This document shows, piece after piece, positions 19,911 through 29,814 of a stretch of 64,000 nt of DNA (position 1 is the first letter of the stretch; the number at the start of each line of letters is the position of its first letter). Both the position numbers and the translations under genes were made by a program. Origin of the DNA: an uncultured Planctomycetia bacterium. GTDB taxonomy: Bacteria > Omnitrophota > Gorgyraeia > Duberdicusellales > 4484-171. The notes under the pieces are model-generated. The model saw only the letters and a program-made list of their open reading frames with translations. It had not been told where the DNA came from and searched no databases. The stretch lies in NCBI GenBank assembly GCA_964536865.1, contig CAZHYN010000006.1, positions 6,674-70,673 on the forward strand, in the 5' to 3' direction.

Positions 19911-21006
19911 TAGAGAAAGAAGGATAATCTTTTTATTAGCTTTCACTTTTACTCTTTTGGGTCTACTGATGGTTTATGAGGCTTCTTCTATCTACGCCTG
20001 GAAAACTAAGCATGATTACGGTTATTTTTTTAAGAAACAGCTTATCTTTTTCATCTTAAGTATTCCTATATTTGTAGGGATGTTAAGCATAGATTTAGGA
20101 AGTATAAAAAAGCACGCCTTCCTTCTTCTTCTTTTTAATATTTTTCTTCTTGTATTGGTATTAATATTAGGAAGAAAAATAGGAGGAGCAAAACGATGGC
20201 TTAGTATTGGAGGGATAAATCTTCAACCATCCGAACTTTTAAAAGTGACATATCTAGTATGGAGTATAGATTACTTAGAACGTAAAGGAGCACTTATAAG
20301 AAATCTTAAGGAAGGAATTTTTCCTCTTTTTTTAGTAACAGGCATAGTGTTCTTTCTTGTTCTTTTGGAGCCAGATTTGGGCACTCCCTTATTTTGGACT
20401 CTATGGCTTTATCTTATGCTTTTTATCTTTAGGGCAAAGAAAAGGCACCTTCTTTTTTTTCTTCTTTTAGGAATAATCCTGGCAGGGATACTTATAAAAG
20501 TCTATCCTTATCGTTTTCATCGTATCATTGCTTACTTAAGCCCTTGGGAAGATCCCAAAGGAAGTGGATTTCAGCTGATTCAGTCCCAGATTGCTTACGG
20601 TAGAGGAGGGATTTTAGGGGTAGGTTTAGGCGAAAGTAGACAAAAACTACTCTTTTTGCCAGCCGCACATACAGATTTTATATTTTCTATTATTGCTGAA
20701 GAGTTTGGCTTTGTAGGTAGCAGTTTAATTTTAACTATGTTCTTCGTTTTTATCTTTAAAGTTTTCAAGTTAGGATTTTTTACTCACCAAACTTTTAGGA
20801 GAAATCTCTGTTTTGGTATAGGTTTAATTTTAGCTTTAGAAATATTGATAAATGTAGGAGTAAGTTGTGGCTTATTTCCTACTAAAGGACTACCTCTCCC
20901 CTTTATAAGTTATGGAGGTACTAGTTTAGTTATTCACTATGCTCTATTAGGGCTTCTATTCAACGCATCCAGGGAGGTAGGTAACTCTGCTGAGAGGGGA
21001 GTTTAA
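19897..21006 (+). CDS. ftsW: SEDS-family peptidoglycan glycosyltransferase FtsW
   Basis: Polytopic SEDS protein sitting between murD and murG. Confidence 0.85.
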   Translation: MSKINRERRIIFLLAFTFTLLGLLMVYEASSIYAWKTKHDYGYFFKKQLIFFILSIPIFVGMLSIDLGSIKKHAFLLLLFNIFLLVLVLILGRKIGGAKRWLSIGGINLQPSELLKVTYLVWSIDYLERKGALIRNLKEGIFPLFLVTGIVFFLVLLEPDLGTPLFWTLWLYLMLFIFRAKKRHLLFFLLLGIILAGILIKVYPYRFHRIIAYLSPWEDPKGSGFQLIQSQIAYGRGGILGVGLGESRQKLLFLPAAHTDFIFSIIAEEFGFVGSSLILTMFFVFIFKVFKLGFFTHQTFRRNLCFGIGLILALEILINVGVSCGLFPTKGLPLPFISYGGTSLVIHYALLGLLFNASREVGNSAERGV

Positions 21007-21015
21007 AGTTTAGTA

Positions 21016-22086
21016 ATGAGGATTCTTTTAGTAGCGGACAGGAGTGCTGGACATATATATCCTGCTTGGATACTAGCAAAAGCTTTTAAGGAGAATAATA
21101 AGGTTTATATTTTTTTGACTTCTAATTATTTTAAAAATTGGTTAAGAAAGGAAGGGTTTTTGGTTCTAGGAAGGGAGTTGCCTTTCAGGAATATAGTCTT
21201 GGAGATGGCTTATCGAGTTATTGAAGGATTAGTAGTGTTTTTAAAAACCAGACCACAGAGAGTTATTGGTTTTGGGGGGAGAGCTACCATTTTTCTTATT
21301 ATTCTCTCTAGCTTCTTTTCTTGTACCGCTATCTATGAGCCCAATTCTACTATTGGTAAGGCGAACAGCGTCTTAGGATTTTTTGTAAAGAAGATTTATT
21401 GGGGGTTTAATCCTTGGGAAATTTCTAAAATGATAGAAAGGAAAACTATAAAAGTAGGGATTCCTATACGTTCCTGCTGTAAAAGATGGAGTAAGGAGGA
21501 AGCAAGAAAAATATTAGGCCTTCATCCTTGGAAACCTGTGGTATTCTGTTTTGGAGGTAGTCAAGGTTCTAGATTCATTAATAATGTGTTTAAGAGATTG
21601 TTGGAAGAAAGCAAAATAGATTTTCAAGTAATTCATCTAACTGGGCAGAGAGATTACTCCTATTTTAAAGATTTTTATGGTAAAATATTTAAAAAAAATT
21701 ACTTAGTAAAAGATTTTTCTTGGGAGGTAGGATTGTTTTATTCTGCAAGTGATATTTTAATATCTCGAGCAGGAGCCTTGACCTGTGCGGAAGTTTCCTA
21801 CTATAAAATTCTCCCTCTCTTTATACCCTATCCTCAATCTTCTCAGCACCAAGAGAAAAATGCTCTTTATTTTGTTCAACACAGAGCAGGATACTCATTT
21901 TCACAAAGAAATTTTTCTTTTCAAAATTTTAAGGTGGCTTTTGAGAAGATTTTAACTGATTCTCTATTACAGAAGAGGGTAAAAGAAAGGTTAGGGGCTC
22001 TTAATTTATGGGTGGATGAAAGTGAATTCTGTAATAAATTTTTGCCTTTTGTTGCTAATATCCAAGAGCCTTGCTCAAACTCATGA
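21016..22086 (+). CDS. murG: Undecaprenyl-PP-MurNAc-pentapeptide-UDP-GlcNAc GlcNAc transferase
   Basis: GT28 fold with the GGSQGSRFIN motif. Confidence 0.8.
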   Translation: MRILLVADRSAGHIYPAWILAKAFKENNKVYIFLTSNYFKNWLRKEGFLVLGRELPFRNIVLEMAYRVIEGLVVFLKTRPQRVIGFGGRATIFLIILSSFFSCTAIYEPNSTIGKANSVLGFFVKKIYWGFNPWEISKMIERKTIKVGIPIRSCCKRWSKEEARKILGLHPWKPVVFCFGGSQGSRFINNVFKRLLEESKIDFQVIHLTGQRDYSYFKDFYGKIFKKNYLVKDFSWEVGLFYSASDILISRAGALTCAEVSYYKILPLFIPYPQSSQHQEKNALYFVQHRAGYSFSQRNFSFQNFKVAFEKILTDSLLQKRVKERLGALNLWVDESEFCNKFLPFVANIQEPCSNS

Positions 22087-22126
22087 TTTAAGTGTATTAA
22101 AATGACTATCAAGATTTTAAACGGTT

Positions 22127-23515
22127 ATGGAAGAGATTCTATCTAGAATAAGGAAAATTCATCTTATAGGTGTTGGAGGCACAGGGATGAGTGGCTTGGC
22201 TATGCTTCTCAAAGATAAGGGTTACTTAGTTAGTGGTTCGGATGTTAAAGAAAGTTTCTACTTTAGAAAAGTAAAAGAAGCAGGAATAGAGGTTTTTTTG
22301 GGGCATAGTGAGAGAAATCTGGAGGGGGTAGAACTTGTATGTTACTCTTCAGCAATAAGAGAGGATAATATTGAGATTATGACTGCCAAGAAGAGAGGAA
22401 TTCCTTTAGTGAAGAGAGGTAAGCTATTGGGAGAGATCTCTAAGGATAAGAAGGTTATTGCGGTAAGTGGAAGTCATGGTAAAACTACCACCAGCGCACT
22501 TCTAACTCATCTTCTTAATTTTCTAGGGTATCAACCTTCTACTTTCATAGGAGCTCAGCCCATTGGTTATTTTAAATCTTCCTGGTGGGGGAAAGATTAT
22601 TTTGTAATTGAAGTTGATGAGAGTGATGGTACAATTCTTAACTACTATCCGTGGATAGCTATAATTACCAATATCGATAATGAACATATTGATTTTTATG
22701 GAGATAGAAAAAATTTAGATAAAGCATTTAGAGAATTCGCTTATCGTACTAAAGAATTAGTTATAGGATGGGCAGACTTTGATCCGCTAAAGTCTATCCT
22801 CCAAGGAGTAAATTCTTTGAAGTATGGCTACACCAAGGGGGTTGATTTATTTGCAAAAGAGATAAATTTTGATGGAAGATTTACCTCTTTTAGTCTAACT
22901 ATTAAAGATAAAAATTACTCAAAGGTAAAGATTCCTCTCATAGGTGAACACAATGTTTTAAATGCCTTAGCAGTAATAGCTTTCTTTTACTATTTAGGAG
23001 AAGATATGGAGAAGGTTTTCTCTGCTTTCCTTTCTTTTAAAGGGACGAAAAGGAGGTTTGAAATTAAGAATAGAGTAGAAGGGATAACTTTCTTAGAAGA
23101 TTATGCTCACCACCCTACAGAGGTTAAAGCTACTATAAAGAGTGCCAAGCTTCTTAAACCTGAAAGATTGGTGGTGATTTTCCAGCCTCATCGTTACTCT
23201 CGCTTATCTTATCTTTATCAGGAGTTTGCTCAATCCTTTTCTTTGTGTGATGTTTTAATTCTTACAGATATTTACTCTGCAGGAGAAATAAAACCACCGG
23301 ATTTTGATGATGAAATTTTATGGAAAGAAATTAAACAAAATTTCAGTAAAGAATGTTTTTATTTTCCTAAAGCTCACTTGGTAGAGGAAGTATTAGCTCT
23401 CTTAAAGGAGGGAGATTTAGTTTTGGCTTTGGGGGCAGGAGATATAAATATTTTATTCAATGATATTATCGAAGAGTTTAAAAGGAATAAGGCTAAAGTA
23501 TTACCCTCTCAATAA
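22127..23515 (+). CDS. murC: UDP-N-acetylmuramate--L-alanine ligase
   Basis: Mur ligase P-loop (VSGSHGKTTT). Confidence 0.85.
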   Translation: MEEILSRIRKIHLIGVGGTGMSGLAMLLKDKGYLVSGSDVKESFYFRKVKEAGIEVFLGHSERNLEGVELVCYSSAIREDNIEIMTAKKRGIPLVKRGKLLGEISKDKKVIAVSGSHGKTTTSALLTHLLNFLGYQPSTFIGAQPIGYFKSSWWGKDYFVIEVDESDGTILNYYPWIAIITNIDNEHIDFYGDRKNLDKAFREFAYRTKELVIGWADFDPLKSILQGVNSLKYGYTKGVDLFAKEINFDGRFTSFSLTIKDKNYSKVKIPLIGEHNVLNALAVIAFFYYLGEDMEKVFSAFLSFKGTKRRFEIKNRVEGITFLEDYAHHPTEVKATIKSAKLLKPERLVVIFQPHRYSRLSYLYQEFAQSFSLCDVLILTDIYSAGEIKPPDFDDEILWKEIKQNFSKECFYFPKAHLVEEVLALLKEGDLVLALGAGDINILFNDIIEEFKRNKAKVLPSQ

Positions 23516-24341
23516 ACTATCCTTTTTTAAAGTAGGAGGAAGGGCAAAGAATTTTTTCCTCCCCTCCCAGAAAGAAGATTTAATTCTTTTACTTAGAGAG
23601 TTAAATAAACAAAATATCCCCTGTTATGTTTTAGGGGAAGGCTCTAACGTTCTGATAAACGATGAGGGAATTATTAACTCGGTAGTAGTAAAGTTAGGGA
23701 AGGGATTCTTCTTTATAAACCGAATCGATAGTCTGACTTTAGAGGTAGGGACAGCTACTCTCTTTAGAGATTTGTTAGATTACTGTGTAAAAAATAATCT
23801 GGGAGGGTTGGAAACATTCGCTGGTATTCCTGCTACTGTGGGAGGAATGTGTGTAATGAATGCTTCTAGTTTTGGGAGGGAATTTTTCTCTTTCGTGGAA
23901 GAAGTAGAGGCAGTCTCTTTTCAAGGAGAAGTAATGATTTTGAAGAAACATGAAATTAACTACGGATACAGGTATACCTCTCTTAGAGATTATATAGTTA
24001 CCAAAGTGAAGCTGGTTTTAGAGAAAGGAAAGTCACTCAAAGAGAGGGTAAAAGATTTCTTGAGAGAAAGAACAGAAAAGCAGGATCTTTCCTATCCTAG
24101 CTTAGGATGTGTATTTAAGAATCCTCCTGGGATGTGGGCAGGGAAGCTTATCCAAGAGTGCGGGCTTAAAGGATTTGGTATTGGTTCTATCTTTGTGTCA
24201 GCTAAGCATGCAAATTTTATTTTAAATAAAGGGAGGGGTTCCTTCAGAGATGCTTTATCTGTGATAGAGAGAATAAAAAGAGAGGTTTATCAAAGATTCT
24301 CTGTAAAGTTAGAGGAAGAGATTGTAATATGGGAGAGTTGA
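23460..24341 (+). CDS. murB: UDP-N-acetylenolpyruvoylglucosamine reductase
   Basis: FAD-binding domain (GEGSNVLI) with a MurB C-terminal domain. The true start is probably internal. Confidence 0.8.
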   Translation: MILSKSLKGIRLKYYPLNKLSFFKVGGRAKNFFLPSQKEDLILLLRELNKQNIPCYVLGEGSNVLINDEGIINSVVVKLGKGFFFINRIDSLTLEVGTATLFRDLLDYCVKNNLGGLETFAGIPATVGGMCVMNASSFGREFFSFVEEVEAVSFQGEVMILKKHEINYGYRYTSLRDYIVTKVKLVLEKGKSLKERVKDFLRERTEKQDLSYPSLGCVFKNPPGMWAGKLIQECGLKGFGIGSIFVSAKHANFILNKGRGSFRDALSVIERIKREVYQRFSVKLEEEIVIWES

Positions 24342-25276
24342 ATTTAAAAGAGATTTGTGTAGGAGTGCTCCAAGGAGGAATTTCTGAAGAGAGAGATATA
24401 TCTCTTTTGTCGGGAGAACAGGTTTATCTTTCTTTAGAGAGACAGAAGATAAATGCCAAACCTATAGATATTTTTACTACCGATGAAAAAATAATTAGGA
24501 AGATAATCTATGAAGCAGAGATAGAAGTTGCTTTTATAGCTCTTCATGGAAGGTTTGGGGAAGATGGAGGGATACAGAGTATTTTAGAGAGAATGGATTT
24601 GCCTTACACAGGTTCAAAACCGTTAGCAAGTTATTTAGCTATGAACAAAATTGCTGCCAAGAAAAGATTTAAGAAAATAGGTGTTCCTACACCAGAGTTT
24701 TTAGTTATTAAAAGAGGGGATAGGGTAAACAAAAGTTTTAGTTTCCCCCAGGTTGTAAAACCTTACTTTAGTGGTTCTAGTCTGGGAGTTTCTATTGTCT
24801 ACAATAAGTATCAGCTCAACCACGCCCTTGATAAGGCATTTTCCTTGGGAGAGAGGGTAATTTTAGAGAGTTATATCGAGGGAAGAGAATTTACCGTAGG
24901 GATACTAGAGGAAGAACCTTTGGGAGTAGTGGAAATTGTTTCCCAAAGTAGGTACTTTGACTTTACTACTAAGTACAGTGATAATTTAGCAGAATTTCTT
25001 GCCCCTGCCCCTTTAGATAAAGGAGTTTACTCTTGCATTCAGAGAGTAGCTTTAGAGGCACATAAAGCTTTAGGTTGTGAACACTTCTCCCGTGTAGATA
25101 TAAGATTAAGCAGGGATAATACTCCTTTCGTTCTTGAGGTAAATTCTATTCCGGGGCTTACTCTCCACAGTTTGCTTCCCCTTTCAGCAAGATGTTATGG
25201 TATAGACTTTGACAGTTTGATAAAAAAAATGATAGTTTTAGCATTAGAGAGAGGAAGGGTAAAGGTTAATCAGTAG
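24329..25276 (+). CDS. ddl: D-alanine--D-alanine ligase
   Basis: ATP-grasp fold and the Ddl N-terminal domain. Confidence 0.85.
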   Translation: MGELNLKEICVGVLQGGISEERDISLLSGEQVYLSLERQKINAKPIDIFTTDEKIIRKIIYEAEIEVAFIALHGRFGEDGGIQSILERMDLPYTGSKPLASYLAMNKIAAKKRFKKIGVPTPEFLVIKRGDRVNKSFSFPQVVKPYFSGSSLGVSIVYNKYQLNHALDKAFSLGERVILESYIEGREFTVGILEEEPLGVVEIVSQSRYFDFTTKYSDNLAEFLAPAPLDKGVYSCIQRVALEAHKALGCEHFSRVDIRLSRDNTPFVLEVNSIPGLTLHSLLPLSARCYGIDFDSLIKKMIVLALERGRVKVNQ

Positions 25277-26035
25277 ATGAAGAAAAGAAGGAGAGAGATT
25301 TCTAAAAGATTTCTTTCTAAAAAAGTATGGATATACATTTTGGCTATAACTGTTTTTACTGGGGCAATTTTATGGGTTAGATCTTTCTTCTATAAGGGAG
25401 AGAGAATAAAAGAAGTTAGACCTTTTCAAGTTAAAGAAGTAAAAGTGAAACCCCAGGAAAATAGGTTTCTAAAACATATTGAAAGATTAGTAAAAGGGAA
25501 GTCACTTCTTTTTCTTAATCTAGAGATGGTTCGTCAGCATTTATTGAATTCTTATCCGCAAATTAAAGAGGTAAAGATAGTAAAAAAGTTTCCCCATCTT
25601 TTATTATTTGAGATAGAGACACGTGTTCCTTTCTTTCAAATAAAATGCGGAAGTACTTTCTATACTGTGGATAATCAATTCAGAATTATCGCAAAAGAAG
25701 ATATTGTGTCAAAATCTCTAATCATTGTAGATATCGGCAGTTGTCCTTCTGGATCAGAAGAAGGAGAAGTTATTCAAGATCAAAGAGTTAGGAGAGCAGG
25801 AGAGTTAATAAAGATACTAAAAAATTTTAAATTTAAGGCAAATGCTATTATAGCTAAAGACTTGGAGAGTTTATCTTTTATCTGTAATGACACAAAAATC
25901 ATTTTAGGTAGCAGTGATTTTCAAAAAAAATTAAAGCTTCTTACTTTACTTTTGAAAGACAGATTTAATAATACTTTATCTTCCCTAAGGTACATTGACT
26001 TAAGATATGATAAGGTATTTATTAAGAAAAGATGA
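25277..26035 (+). CDS. ftsQ: Cell division protein FtsQ/DivIB-like (POTRA)
   Basis: N-terminal TM helix and a POTRA-like domain, sitting after ddl. Confidence 0.6.
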   Translation: MKKRRREISKRFLSKKVWIYILAITVFTGAILWVRSFFYKGERIKEVRPFQVKEVKVKPQENRFLKHIERLVKGKSLLFLNLEMVRQHLLNSYPQIKEVKIVKKFPHLLLFEIETRVPFFQIKCGSTFYTVDNQFRIIAKEDIVSKSLIIVDIGSCPSGSEEGEVIQDQRVRRAGELIKILKNFKFKANAIIAKDLESLSFICNDTKIILGSSDFQKKLKLLTLLLKDRFNNTLSSLRYIDLRYDKVFIKKR

Positions 26036-27183
26036 GAGGCTTATGCGGATTAGGGATAGAAAAAAATGTCCTAAAATTTCTTTTAATTTCCTATAATCGC
26101 AATAATTTTTTTCCTCTTTATCAAGGAGAAATTCCTTCCTCTTCCACTGGACTGGTGGAAATCATCAGAGGAAGCATTGATTCTTTAGAGGAGATATTAA
26201 GAAGAGAGGAAAAAAAGTATTCTTTAGGGATAGAGAGAATCTATCTTCGTTTACCTATAAATTTAGCTACAGTAAAGATAATCGAAGATATTGTTCCTCT
26301 TTCTTCTTTTGGGAAGAAAATAATTACTCGTAAGGTTATAGATTCAGCTAAACAATACATAGAGAATGCAAATTTGGAGTTAAATCATTTCTGTATTCAC
26401 CATATTATTTTAGAATATAAAGTAGATGGGAAGACATATTTTGATTTGCCTCCCAGCTTGGAGAGTCATAAAATGAACGTCAAAAGTTATATTGTTTATA
26501 CAGAAAGAAAACTGCTTACTCAGCTAAAAGAAATTTTTGAGAATGTAGGAAGAAAACTTTCAAGGGTAGTATTTGCTCCTATTGGAGATTTAAGTGTAGA
26601 ATTTGGTAAAAGAGATTATTCTTCATTGTTGGCTACAGTAAACATAGGGGAAGAAGATACTCTTATTTCACTGTTAGTAGAGAATAGAATTGACTTTAGT
26701 GTTTTTAGGTTTGGAAGGGAGGATTTAATAAAAGAGATAGAGAGAAGTTTTGCTTTTTCTCCTGGAGTCTCTTCCGAAATTCTTAATTGTTACCTGTCTT
26801 TTTCCAGCCCATCCTTTAGTAAAGAGATAGTGATAAAAAAGGATGAAGAAAAATATATGAATGTAAGTTTGGAAAGTATAAACTCTACTATTAAGAAAAC
26901 AATGACGGAGAAGTTGATACAACTCCTATCCTTTTTAGAAAGATCCTCCTCCAAGAGTAGAAAGGTTTTATTCTTAGGGAAAGTTCCTTCCCTAAGGGGA
27001 TTCTATGAATTTATCCAGAAGTGTTTTCCTACAATAGAGATAGTTATACCTCAATTTAGGTTACCTAATTTAGCTTTATTAGGGGTGATAAAGTATGGAA
27101 TTAGGAGATTTCTGGAAAATGTTGACTATCCTGGTCAATCTGTGTGGAGTAGGCTTCTTCAATTATACAGGGAATACTTTTAA
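26032..27183 (+). CDS. ftsA: Divergent FtsA-like actin-family protein
   Basis: Loose actin-fold phosphate-2 and adenosine motifs (LATVNIGEEDT..., GREDLIKEIE), sitting after ftsQ. The match to FtsA is divergent. Confidence 0.5.
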   Translation: MRGLCGLGIEKNVLKFLLISYNRNNFFPLYQGEIPSSSTGLVEIIRGSIDSLEEILRREEKKYSLGIERIYLRLPINLATVKIIEDIVPLSSFGKKIITRKVIDSAKQYIENANLELNHFCIHHIILEYKVDGKTYFDLPPSLESHKMNVKSYIVYTERKLLTQLKEIFENVGRKLSRVVFAPIGDLSVEFGKRDYSSLLATVNIGEEDTLISLLVENRIDFSVFRFGREDLIKEIERSFAFSPGVSSEILNCYLSFSSPSFSKEIVIKKDEEKYMNVSLESINSTIKKTMTEKLIQLLSFLERSSSKSRKVLFLGKVPSLRGFYEFIQKCFPTIEIVIPQFRLPNLALLGVIKYGIRRFLENVDYPGQSVWSRLLQLYREYF

Positions 27184-27264
27184 AGACACTCCATATAAAA
27201 CCTCGTTGCTCTTCCAACTAAATTGTGTTAAAATACACTCTCTATAAAATAAATATTTTGAGTC

Positions 27265-28275
27265 ATGAAGGTAAGTAAGATTCGGTTAAGGAAAGTCTTT
27301 AGAAAGTGGAAAAGTAAAAGAATTCTTGTGATAGGTGACCTTATCTTAGACCATTATATTTTTGGTCAAGCAGAGAGAATTTCTCCTGAGGCTCCTGTTC
27401 CAGTAATCCGTGTTAGCCAAGAGAAATTTTTAGGAGGAGGTGCGGTAAATGTAGCATTTAATTTAATGGATTTAGGAGCCAGGGTAACTCTCTGTGGAAT
27501 AGTGGGCAAAGATTATTTTGGCAATACCCTCCTGTCTCTCCTTAAAAAGAGGAGGATGGATACCAGTTTAATTTTTACAGATAAATACAGACCTACAACT
27601 TTGAAAGCAAGAATTATAGCTCAACATCAACAGGTAGTAAGAGTGGATTGGGAGACTAAAGAGTCTCTTCATTTAGAGCTTACCGGTAGAGTTTTAAAGA
27701 AAATAAAAAAAATAGTGGATATGGTGGAGGGGATAATAATAGAAGATTACGGTAAAGGCATGATAAATTCCTATCTGGTAGAAAATTTAGTTAAGTTGTG
27801 TAAGAGGAGAAAGAAGGTAATTACAGTGGATCCTAAGGAAGAACACTTTAGCTACTATGAAGATGTAACTGCCTTAACTCCTAATTTAAAAGAGGCAGAG
27901 ATAGCCGCTAATATGCGCCTTAAATCTAAGGAAGAGATAAATCTCTTAGGAAGATTAATTTTAGATGAGCTAAGGCCACAAGCTCTCCTTATCACTTTAG
28001 GAGAAGAAGGGATGAGGTTGTTTTTAAAAGAAGGAGGAGTTTATCATATCCCCACCTATGCTTTGGAGGTTTATGATGTTACAGGAGCAGGGGATACAGT
28101 GATAGCAGTTTTTACTTTAGCACTTCTTGGGGGAGCCTCTTTTTTGGAAGCAAGTATAATTTCTAATCTTGCTGCAGGAGTGGTAGTAGGAAAGTTAGGA
28201 GCTTCTACCACTAGCTGTTCAGAACTTATTAGAAAAATGAATAATACAGATATCAAAATTTATAAGATAAAGTGA
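27265..28275 (+). CDS. PfkB-family sugar kinase, RfaE domain I / HldE kinase-like (heptose-7-P kinase)
   Basis: Ribokinase-like fold with the TGAGDTV anion-hole motif. The HldE adenylyltransferase half is not fused. Confidence 0.65.
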   Translation: MKVSKIRLRKVFRKWKSKRILVIGDLILDHYIFGQAERISPEAPVPVIRVSQEKFLGGGAVNVAFNLMDLGARVTLCGIVGKDYFGNTLLSLLKKRRMDTSLIFTDKYRPTTLKARIIAQHQQVVRVDWETKESLHLELTGRVLKKIKKIVDMVEGIIIEDYGKGMINSYLVENLVKLCKRRKKVITVDPKEEHFSYYEDVTALTPNLKEAEIAANMRLKSKEEINLLGRLILDELRPQALLITLGEEGMRLFLKEGGVYHIPTYALEVYDVTGAGDTVIAVFTLALLGGASFLEASIISNLAAGVVVGKLGASTTSCSELIRKMNNTDIKIYKIK

Positions 28276-28278
28276 TAT

Positions 28279-29019
28279 ATGGAGGTAATTGGGGTAATTC
28301 CTGCAAGACACTATTCTCGGAGATTGCCAGGAAAGTTATTGAAACTACTTTTGGGTAAACCTTTGTTGCAGTGGACATGGGAAAGTGCTAAAAAATCTTC
28401 TAGTTTAGATAGACTTATCATTGCCTGTGATAGTGAAGAAATAAAAAATGTTGCTCAAGGTTTTGGCGCTGAAGTTGTACTTACTTCTGAGAAACATACC
28501 TCGGGCACAGATAGAATAGCTGAAGCAGTGAGAGATATTGACGTGAATTTTGTAATAAATATCCAAGCAGATGAACCTTTAATTCATTACTCAGCTATAG
28601 ATACCTTGGTAGAGGAGTTAAAAAATAACCCTAAACTAGTAATGGTCACTCTAAAGAAAGAAATTAGCGAGGGGGGAGAAGTTAATAATCCAAATGTAGT
28701 TAAAGTAGTTACAGATAGAGAGGGTTTCGCTCTTTATTTCTCCCGATTTCCTATTCCTTATAGAAGAGATAGTGAAGTAACTCCTACCTACTATAAACAT
28801 ATTGGGATTTATGGTTACGCTAAAGATTTCTTATACATTTTTAAAAATCTTCCTCCCTCTTCTTTAGAGAATGCAGAAAAGTTAGAGCAGTTAAGAGCGT
28901 TAGAAGCAGGGTATAGAATTAAGGTAGTCACTACTCAATTTGATTCGTGGGGGGTAGATACTGAGGAAGATTTTAAAAAGGTAGAGTGGATACTTACTCA
29001 GAGAGGTTACCGCCCATAA
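28279..29019 (+). CDS. kdsB: 3-deoxy-manno-octulosonate cytidylyltransferase (CMP-Kdo synthetase)
   Basis: VIPARHYSRRLPGK N-terminal motif. Confidence 0.85.
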   Translation: MEVIGVIPARHYSRRLPGKLLKLLLGKPLLQWTWESAKKSSSLDRLIIACDSEEIKNVAQGFGAEVVLTSEKHTSGTDRIAEAVRDIDVNFVINIQADEPLIHYSAIDTLVEELKNNPKLVMVTLKKEISEGGEVNNPNVVKVVTDREGFALYFSRFPIPYRRDSEVTPTYYKHIGIYGYAKDFLYIFKNLPPSSLENAEKLEQLRALEAGYRIKVVTTQFDSWGVDTEEDFKKVEWILTQRGYRP

Positions 29020-29031
29020 ATAAACCTTGAG

Positions 29032-29814
29032 ATGAAAAAGTTTATTCTTATCGCAGGGCCTTGTGTAATAGAGAATAAAAGTATTACTTTAGAAATAGCT
29101 AGTTACCTTAAAGAAGTTACTTCTAAGTACCCTTTGAGTTTCATTTTTAAGGCAAGCTTTGATAAAGCAAATCGTACTTCTCTCAAATCTTATCGAGGTC
29201 CTGGTCTTAAGAAGGGAATTAAGATTTTAGAAGAGGTAAAAAAGAGATTTTCTGTTTCTATTTTGAGTGATGTTCATTGTCGGTATCAGGTAAGAGAGGT
29301 AAAGGATGTTTTAGATGTAATTCAGATACCTGCTTATCTTTCTCGCCAGACAGACTTAATTTTAGAAGTAGCAAAGGCAAAAAAGAGAGTAAATGTCAAG
29401 AAAGCGCAATTTATGTCTCCATATGATATCAAATATGTTATAGAGAAGATTACCTCTGTGGGTAATAATAAAATTTTCCTCACCGAAAGAGGAAGTTGTT
29501 TTGGTTACAATAATTTAGTGGTTGATTTCCGTTCTCTTCTTATTATGAAGGAATTTGGTTACCCTGTAATTTTTGACGCTACCCATTCTTTGCAGAGACC
29601 TTCTGCCAAGAGAGGAATTTCGGGAGGCGATAGAAAATTTGTTTTACCTATGAGTTTAGCTGCTATTGCCTGTGGGTGTGATGGTCTTTTCTTAGAAGTT
29701 CATCCTCATCCCCAGCGTGCTCTCTCAGATAGATATACTTCTTTTCCTTTAAATCGTATTGAGGATCTTATAAAAAAAGTTTTAGAAGTTAGGAGGGTAA
29801 TAGGTGAGAAGTAA
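29032..29814 (+). CDS. kdsA: 2-dehydro-3-deoxyphosphooctonate aldolase (Kdo-8-P synthase)
   Basis: DAHP-synthase-like TIM barrel (LIAGPCVIE...). Confidence 0.85.
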   Translation: MKKFILIAGPCVIENKSITLEIASYLKEVTSKYPLSFIFKASFDKANRTSLKSYRGPGLKKGIKILEEVKKRFSVSILSDVHCRYQVREVKDVLDVIQIPAYLSRQTDLILEVAKAKKRVNVKKAQFMSPYDIKYVIEKITSVGNNKIFLTERGSCFGYNNLVVDFRSLLIMKEFGYPVIFDATHSLQRPSAKRGISGGDRKFVLPMSLAAIACGCDGLFLEVHPHPQRALSDRYTSFPLNRIEDLIKKVLEVRRVIGEK

